In this document: one piece after another, positions 58,099 to 64,000 of the stretch
Layout: each line of letters begins with the position of its first letter
How positions within the stretch are numbered: the stretch's first letter is position 1
DNA from: Patescibacteria group bacterium
GTDB lineage: Bacteria > Patescibacteriota > Minisyncoccia > Phycocordibacterales > Phycocordibacteraceae
Length of the DNA stretch: 64,000 nt
Assembly (NCBI GenBank): GCA_038064495.1
Contig: JBBTSZ010000002.1
Coordinates: 480,002-544,001, forward strand
Reading direction: 5' to 3'
Position numbers and translations under genes: made by a program
Notes under the pieces: model-generated
Seen by the model: the letters and a program-made list of their open reading frames with translations, nothing else
What the model was told of the DNA's origin: nothing
Databases searched by the model: none

Positions 58099-59199
58099 AT
58101 GGAAACGACTACAATTCAGTCCAAGAAGGGCCCAATGAACGGTCTTGCCGTCGTAGGGTTCGTAGCCCTTATTATCATTGGTATTTTGACGGCTATTTAC
58201 GCCGCAAGCTTTATTCCTAAGGCTCTTTCGCGATTCTCATCTGCGAACGTATACCTTTCAAATCTTTCTGCAACGGATGGAACGGACACGACAGCGACTA
58301 CGCCAACAACTCCTACCGTCGCGACGACGCCAGAACCAACGGTACCGGTCTCCCCTACGCAAGCGGCGCCAGCAGCACCCGTTGTGACTACGCCTACCTA
58401 CGTTACTCCTGTCTACACAGCACCTACACCTACCGTTGTACGTGTACCCGCTCCACAAACGTATTATTCAGGTTTGCCTGACCTTTCGGTCACCATCACG
58501 GACGTTGGATATCTTCGTACCAACAGCATTGATTCGTTTGTATCAGCCAACTCAGTTCCTCGTGGCTATCAGGGAGCTGTTCGCTACACAGTTCGCAACG
58601 AAGGCACCAATGTGTCTGGAAACTACCGTGTTGAGATTCGCGTCTCTACGAACGGCGGAAACGATACCGACAGCGTGAGTGGATCAAATCTCGTACCAAA
58701 CCGTAGCGTCACCGGAACCGGTGTGTTTGATGCGAACAGTTCTGGTACAGCAACCATTCGCATTACCGTTGATGCTCGTGACGATGTAGATGAGTCTCGC
58801 GAAAACAACAATGACGATTCTGACAGCATTCGTTTGAACGGTTCCGATAACTCTTCAAACGATAGTTACGACAGTAATGGTCGTTATTGCCCATACGGAA
58901 CCTATCATGCGAACAATCGCTACTACTGCAACACGTCAGACTCTGGCACTGATTCTTATGATAGTAATGGTACCTACTGCCGATACGGTACGTACTACTC
59001 AAATGGCCGCTACTATTGTGACTCTTCAAATACCACGAATAATTCCTCGTACGACAGTAATGGAAATTTCTGCTCCTACGGAACGTACTACTCGGGTAGT
59101 CGCTACTATTGCAACACCTCTGGCAGTCAGTGGTACACACGAGACCAAAACTGTACGTATGGAAACTACTACAACGACGGAACAAGTTACTGCTACTAA
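58099..59199 (+). CDS. Membrane-anchored CARDB/Ig-like protein with C-terminal Cys/Tyr repeats
   Basis: TM, Pro/Thr stalk, 'PDLSV..VRNEG..VDESRENNN', then four CxYGxYY..YC repeats. Confidence 0.82.
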   Translation: METTTIQSKKGPMNGLAVVGFVALIIIGILTAIYAASFIPKALSRFSSANVYLSNLSATDGTDTTATTPTTPTVATTPEPTVPVSPTQAAPAAPVVTTPTYVTPVYTAPTPTVVRVPAPQTYYSGLPDLSVTITDVGYLRTNSIDSFVSANSVPRGYQGAVRYTVRNEGTNVSGNYRVEIRVSTNGGNDTDSVSGSNLVPNRSVTGTGVFDANSSGTATIRITVDARDDVDESRENNNDDSDSIRLNGSDNSSNDSYDSNGRYCPYGTYHANNRYYCNTSDSGTDSYDSNGTYCRYGTYYSNGRYYCDSSNTTNNSSYDSNGNFCSYGTYYSGSRYYCNTSGSQWYTRDQNCTYGNYYNDGTSYCY

Positions 59200-59204
59200 A
59201 CTTC

Positions 59205-59252
59205 CTCAACAAGAAAACCGCTCGGCATATGCCGAGCGGTTTTCTTGTTGAG
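59205..59252. terminator. Bidirectional terminator (48-bp perfect palindrome)
   Basis: CTCAACAAGAAAACCGCTCGGCAT|ATGCCGAGCGGTTTTCTTGTTGAG between convergent genes. Confidence 0.8.
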
Positions 59253-59261
59253 AAGTGCGCT

Positions 59262-61337
59262 CTACACGTCTAGGTTTGCAAGCTTTGCATTGGACTGAAT
59301 AAATGACTTTCGACTTGGCACATCAGTACCCATGAGGATGTCAAAAATGCGATCCGCTTCAGACGCATCGTCCACTGTCACCCGCTTCAGGACACGACGT
59401 TCCGGGTCCATGGTGGTTTCCCACAGCTCAGACGCATTCATTTCTCCAAGACCTTTGTAGCGCTGTATGGTGAACTTCGTTGCCTTCTTTGCGATTGCCG
59501 CTACTTCTTCTTCCTCGGTTGGTTCAGGTCCTTCCTCATCAAGCACGGCTTCAATCACTTCCGCGTCTTTGCCGACAATCTTCTCCTTTTCTTCGTCAGA
59601 GTACGCGTAGTACACCTCCTTACCGCGCTTTATTTTGTAGAGTGGTGGCTGTGCAATATAGATGAATCCCCCATCAATCACCGCGCGGAAGTGGCGGTAG
59701 AACAACGTCAAAATAAGGGTACGAATGTGAGCGCCGTCCACATCAGCATCCGTCGCAATGATGACCTTGTGGTAGCGAAGTTTGGAAAGGTCAAAGATGT
59801 CGCCAATCGCGGTACCAAGTGCAATCACGAGATTCTTAATCTGCTCACTGGCGAGCATCTTATCTAGGCGTGCGCGTTCAATATTCAAAATCTTTCCGCG
59901 AAGCGGGAGGATGGCCTGGGTACGGCGATCACGTCCGGTTTTTGCGGTACCACCGGCGGAGTCTCCCTCCACAATAAAGAGTTCTGACTCCTCAGCTGAT
60001 TTACTCTGACAATCAGCAAGCTTACCGGGAAGCGTCATGCCCTCAAGAGCGCCCTTACGAAGCACCGAGTCTTTGGCGGCCTTTGCAGCCTTACGCGCTT
60101 TAAGGGCGAGCAGTACCTTGTTCACAATGGCACGCCCGTCGTCAGGATTCTCCTCAAGGAAGCTTGCAAGCGCAGAACCAAACACCGTCGCAACCGCGCC
60201 CTGTGCCTCCACGGAACCGAGCTTGCCTTTGGTTTGTCCTTCAAACTGAATCTCCGGCATTTTTACGGAAATAACCGCAGTGAGTCCCTCAAGCACATCG
60301 TCACCCGTAAAGTTTTCTTCACTCTCTTTCAAAATACCAGCAGAGCGTCCGTAGGTATTTAGGGTTCGAGTAAGTGCCGTCTTAAAACCGGTGACGTGGG
60401 TTCCCTGCTCCGGGTTGTAGATATTGTTTGCAAACGCCATTAAGCGCGGCGTGATGTCGTCGGTGTATTGAAAGGCGACCTCAACGGCAACGTCGTTCTC
60501 GGTCTGGTCAACATAGAAAATATTTTTGTGTGCAACGGTCTGATGTTTGTTATAGAACCCAATGAGTGAACGGAGACCTCCTTCAAAGAAAAAGGACATG
60601 GACGGCATTTCAAGAGCGAGTTCGCGCACATACCACACGCTGTCGGTATCAAGTTTGCCTGCGGTGCGCGCGTCTATAACACAAATACGGGTGCCCTTCA
60701 CGAGGTAGGCCTGCTGACGAAGGTGCGCCACAATCTTCTCCCAATTCCAACTGATGCCTTCTTTGAAGATGGTCGCGTCTGGCTTGAACATCACAACAGA
60801 ACCTTGATGAGAAGTCTTTCCGACTACCTTGACCTTTGCCTTTGCCTTTCCTATCTCGTACTCCTGCATGTGAATGCTGCCGTCTTTGTGGACGAGCACT
60901 TTGGTGTGTTCAGAAAGTGCGTTTACCACGGATGCTCCCACACCATGGAGACCTCCGGAAACTTTGTAGCCTGAGTCCTCACCTCCGAACTTACCGCCGG
61001 CGTGAAGCGTGGTCATGATGGTCTCCAGTGCTGAGACTTTGGTCTTTGGATGAATACCGACTGGAATACCGCGACCGTTATCTACGACGCGCACGTAGCC
61101 GTCTGGGAGAAGTACGACTTCAATATCGTTCGCAAAACCACCCATCGCCTCGTCGCGTGAGTTATCAAAAATCTCCCAAATGAGGTGGTGCAGACCGTCG
61201 GGGCCGGTGGTCCCGATGTACATGCCCGGACGCTTACGGACTGGTTCAAGACCCTCAAGAACGGTAATACTTGAGGCATCGTAATCGCCGCTCTTGGAAG
61301 CGGCTTTTTTAGCAGTTTTAACCTCCTTTTTGGCCAT
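59262..61337 (-). CDS. gyrB: DNA gyrase subunit B
   Basis: 'VRKRPGMYIG', 'LHAGGKF', 'VEGDSAGG', 'PLRGKILN', 'DADVDG', 'RYKGLGEM'. Confidence 0.95.
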   Translation of the reverse strand: MAKKEVKTAKKAASKSGDYDASSITVLEGLEPVRKRPGMYIGTTGPDGLHHLIWEIFDNSRDEAMGGFANDIEVVLLPDGYVRVVDNGRGIPVGIHPKTKVSALETIMTTLHAGGKFGGEDSGYKVSGGLHGVGASVVNALSEHTKVLVHKDGSIHMQEYEIGKAKAKVKVVGKTSHQGSVVMFKPDATIFKEGISWNWEKIVAHLRQQAYLVKGTRICVIDARTAGKLDTDSVWYVRELALEMPSMSFFFEGGLRSLIGFYNKHQTVAHKNIFYVDQTENDVAVEVAFQYTDDITPRLMAFANNIYNPEQGTHVTGFKTALTRTLNTYGRSAGILKESEENFTGDDVLEGLTAVISVKMPEIQFEGQTKGKLGSVEAQGAVATVFGSALASFLEENPDDGRAIVNKVLLALKARKAAKAAKDSVLRKGALEGMTLPGKLADCQSKSAEESELFIVEGDSAGGTAKTGRDRRTQAILPLRGKILNIERARLDKMLASEQIKNLVIALGTAIGDIFDLSKLRYHKVIIATDADVDGAHIRTLILTLFYRHFRAVIDGGFIYIAQPPLYKIKRGKEVYYAYSDEEKEKIVGKDAEVIEAVLDEEGPEPTEEEEVAAIAKKATKFTIQRYKGLGEMNASELWETTMDPERRVLKRVTVDDASEADRIFDILMGTDVPSRKSFIQSNAKLANLDV

Positions 61338-61450
61338 ATTTCGTAGTTAGAGTATAGCATATTTACTACCCCACGTCTTCCTTCTTTTTGTATGAAAAGG
61401 GCCCCACGAATGCTCGTGAGGCCCTGCTGAAGAAGGATTCGAATCCTGGC

Positions 61451-61594
61451 TTACGCGTACTGGGAATGCTCCCGATGCTGGCTCGGATCGCCTCCCCTCT
61501 GGATTCGCCGTCGTTCCTTCTTGGCCTGGATTTGGTTGCTCGACTTGCCAGGGGCCTTGCTGGTTGTTTGGCCTTTGTTGACCTTATGAGTCAA
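61451..61594 (-). CDS. Small basic peptide (47 aa)
   Basis: AAGGAGGTG SD before TTG 61594; terminator-like hairpin at ~61398-61425. Confidence 0.5.
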   Translation of the reverse strand: MTHKVNKGQTTSKAPGKSSNQIQAKKERRRIQRGGDPSQHREHSQYA

Positions 61595-61726
61595 GTGACA
61601 CCTCCTTATATCGTGAGCGATAGTGCCCACAATGTACGAGACTACGGCATGCAATGATTCTGGTCAATTGGGGTGCGAACTACGTTTGCTTGAATAAGCA
61701 CCCATTATTAACTACACTCTCTACAC

Positions 61727-62881
61727 ATGGACATATCAATTGATAAAGGAGACGAGCTACGTCTACGCAGCGAACTTGAGGGACGTACCGACTTTGAGGC
61801 AGCACGCATCAGGCGCTACCTCGCTATGCCGGACCTGTCCCGTACGCCGGGCAGTCCGCTTGCTGAGATTGTGGATCGTGTTAAAGCCGTTCCAGAGCTT
61901 GCTGGATTCGATGTCATTGAAATACCGGAAATTGTTCCGGCTGACGTTTCATTTGATTTGTTTGACTTCCCCGCCGACCACCCTGCACGCAGTCACTCTG
62001 ACACCTATTATGTTGACGATACCAACATTCTTCGCACACACGATACGGTCTTTTGGTACTATTACCTCAATCACCCTACGATTAAGGAGCGCATCGCGAA
62101 AGGAGAATCTATGGGTGCGCTCTGCTACGGCAAGGTGTATCGAAAAGACGAGATAGATAGTCGCCATATGAATATCTTTCATCAGCTTGGTGGGTGGTAC
62201 ATAACACCAGCCAGCCAGCCTATCGTTGCAGATGACCTTAAAAAAGTCCTCGGCGATATTGTGCACTCGGTCTTTGGTCCTGAGATGATCTACCGAGTAA
62301 ACGATGACACGTTCCCATATACCGACCCGTCCTTTGAGGTAGAAGTGAGCGTCAAAGGTACCGCTGCAGAAGGCCCTGCACGTGGTGACTGGCTTGAGGT
62401 TCTTGGTAGTGGTATGCCGAAGGCCTCCGTTATGGAAGCGCTCGGTGGTAGTGGCTACCATGGGTGGGCATTTGGGTTTGGTATTGAACGACTCGCCATC
62501 ATCTCCATGGCACTCCCCGACATTCGCCTTCTCTGGTCTGACGATGAGCGCATCAAGCGACAACTGGTACTCGGTCAAGCGTTTACACAAGTGAGCAAAT
62601 ATCCGCCGATTACTCGAGACATTTCTTTTATCGTTACGGATGATTTTATTCCCAACGATTACTTTGAACTCGTGCGCGATATCGCGGGCGACCTTGTTGA
62701 GGAAGTTGCACTCATTGACCGCTACGAGAATGTAGAGAAATTCGGTGCTGGAAAGGTCAGCTATGCCTACCGCATTACCTATCGCTCTTTAAATCGTACA
62801 CTCACGAGCGAAGAGATAGATATCCTCCACAAGAAGCTTGAAACCGCGACCGCTGAGACCTACAGCGCCACAGTTCGTTAA
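61727..62881 (+). CDS. pheS: Single-chain (organellar-type) phenylalanine--tRNA ligase: alpha catalytic domain plus anticodon-binding domain
   Basis: 'DHPARSHSDTYY', 'LRTH', 'VYRKDEIDSRH', 'FPYTDPSFE', 'GWAFGFGIERLA', then 'SKYPPITRDISF..SYAYRITYRSLNRTLT'. Confidence 0.93.
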   Translation: MDISIDKGDELRLRSELEGRTDFEAARIRRYLAMPDLSRTPGSPLAEIVDRVKAVPELAGFDVIEIPEIVPADVSFDLFDFPADHPARSHSDTYYVDDTNILRTHDTVFWYYYLNHPTIKERIAKGESMGALCYGKVYRKDEIDSRHMNIFHQLGGWYITPASQPIVADDLKKVLGDIVHSVFGPEMIYRVNDDTFPYTDPSFEVEVSVKGTAAEGPARGDWLEVLGSGMPKASVMEALGGSGYHGWAFGFGIERLAIISMALPDIRLLWSDDERIKRQLVLGQAFTQVSKYPPITRDISFIVTDDFIPNDYFELVRDIAGDLVEEVALIDRYENVEKFGAGKVSYAYRITYRSLNRTLTSEEIDILHKKLETATAETYSATVR

Positions 62882-62942
62882 AACCATGCGTCCCCTCCTT
62901 TCAGCTTTTAAAATAGGCTTTTTTTGCTAGACTCTACCCATA

Positions 62943-63063
62943 GGGCACCGGGAAAAGCGTCATAGGCAAGGCGCGGGAAGACGACGAGCGCAGGCGTATC
63001 ATGTATACGACGTAGCGTGGAGTCGGGACCCGCAACGAGGCATATGGTGCTTTTCGCAAGCCC
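62943..63063 (+). repeat. ~125-bp palindromic element, copy E
   Basis: GAAAAGCGTCATA / TATGGTGCTTTTC stem. Core AAGGCGCGGG..GCAGGCGTAT-CATGT-ATACGACG..GGGACCCGCAAC. Confidence 0.78.
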
Positions 63064-63070
63064 GCTCATC

Positions 63071-64000
63071 ATGCATCTCGAAGTCTTTGCCTACCCCTTT
63101 ATCTTTGTATCCCTCTTTTTTGAGGTGTTTTTACTGGTGACTTTCTTCTCAAGTCCGGCACGTGCACAGCGTGACCGTAAAGCTTCCACAAAGACTCCCT
63201 ACATTGCAATGATCGTTCCCTGTTTCAACGAGGAGACTACGATTAGGGGAACGGTGGATTCTCTTCTCGCACTTACCTATCCAAAGGACCGTCTCAGTAT
63301 CGTGCTCGTGAACGACGGCTCCACCGACAACACGAAAGAGATTATGGATACCTTTGCTGGCAATCCACAGATTCAGATTCTCCATAAAGAGAATGGTGGA
63401 AAACATTCTGCTATTAATGCCGGTATTGAAATGTCTCCGCAGGCAGAGTTTGTGGGGTGTCTTGATGCAGATTCATTCGTCGCACCGGATGCGCTTCGAG
63501 AAATCATTTCTTGCTTTGATAATCCGCGTGTTGCTGCTGCAACCCCTGCGATGAGTGTGTACAAACCCGAGACCCTGCTTGAGCGTATGCAAAACGCCGA
63601 ATTCATTTTCGGTATTGCACTTCGTCACATTGTGGCAGCCGTGAACGGTCTCTACGTAACGCCAGGACCGTTTTCTCTCTACCGCGTTTCGGTACTCAAA
63701 GAGATTGGCGGTTTCCGGTTTGGCCACCAGGCGGAGGATATGGAGATGGCACTTCGCATACAGCGCCATGGCTACGAAATAGATAACGCACCACGTGCAC
63801 GCGTCTTCGCAAAAAGTCCTCAGACCGTTCGCGGGCTGATTAAACAACGCACGCGCTGGACCAGTGGATTCCTTCGTAACGTGTCCTATGACTACCGTGA
63901 TATGGTCGGGAACGTACGCTACGGAGCACTTGGCATCATGATTCTGCCACTTGGCTTTATTGCGGTTGCTGGTGGCATCCTTATGTTCTTCCTTGGACTC
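63071..64000 (+). CDS. Processive GT2 glycosyltransferase, 3'-truncated by the window edge
   Basis: MHLEVFAYPF.. TM, 'VPCFNEE', 'NDGSTD', 'LDADS', 'AED', 'QRTRW'. Confidence 0.9.
   Translation, partial: MHLEVFAYPFIFVSLFFEVFLLVTFFSSPARAQRDRKASTKTPYIAMIVPCFNEETTIRGTVDSLLALTYPKDRLSIVLVNDGSTDNTKEIMDTFAGNPQIQILHKENGGKHSAINAGIEMSPQAEFVGCLDADSFVAPDALREIISCFDNPRVAAATPAMSVYKPETLLERMQNAEFIFGIALRHIVAAVNGLYVTPGPFSLYRVSVLKEIGGFRFGHQAEDMEMALRIQRHGYEIDNAPRARVFAKSPQTVRGLIKQRTRWTSGFLRNVSYDYRDMVGNVRYGALGIMILPLGFIAVAGGILMFFLGL

Noticed and set aside
61433-61446. AGGATTCGAATCCT as a tRNA T-arm
   Set aside because: It is a short palindrome with no surrounding cloverleaf.
989-63063. CRISPR array or integron attC sites as the explanation for the five-copy element
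   Set aside because: The copies are dispersed rather than regularly spaced, lack paired RYYYAAC/GTTRRRY ends, and no cas or intI gene is present.

Overview
The window is 64 kb of chromosome from a small-genome bacterium using the standard code. The gene content (compact 1060-aa RpoB, single-chain PheRS, NusB-NUDIX fusion, hinge-less short SMC, sortase, many orphan membrane proteins) points to Patescibacteria/CPR, probably Parcubacteria; this assignment is inference. Housekeeping genes include hisS, rpoD, dnaG, rpoB, rpoC, trmD, khpA, rpsP, rnr, gdhA, an smc-like gene, rnc, nusB, rpmF, rnhB, dnaE, thrS, gyrB and pheS. They are interspersed with single orphan genes that carry their own promoter, SD and terminator. 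Also present are a two-component/7TM signalling operon, a small R-M island and a sortase/surface-protein locus. I found no tRNA, rRNA, CRISPR array or transposase. The most notable signals are non-coding. (1) A ~281-nt minus-strand RNA gene (34601-34881) lies head-to-head with rnr and has its own sigma70 promoter and terminator; it combines two tRNA-elbow-like modules with a 23S rRNA L1-stalk-like module. (2) A five-copy family of ~125-bp rod-shaped palindromic elements keeps fixed internal motifs while its stems covary. (3) A ~260-nt structured RNA precedes an AI-2E transporter gene. (4) A 162-bp rod lies in the R-M island. (5) rpoB has a long structured leader. Protein oddities include tandem orphan Flp pilins, an LPxTG surface protein with a DnaX-domain-III-like cytoplasmic tail, an SxxS pseudo-DsbA and a TMEM175 gene broken by one TGG>TAG change. 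All structures and family calls were made by eye; no searches or folding programs were run.
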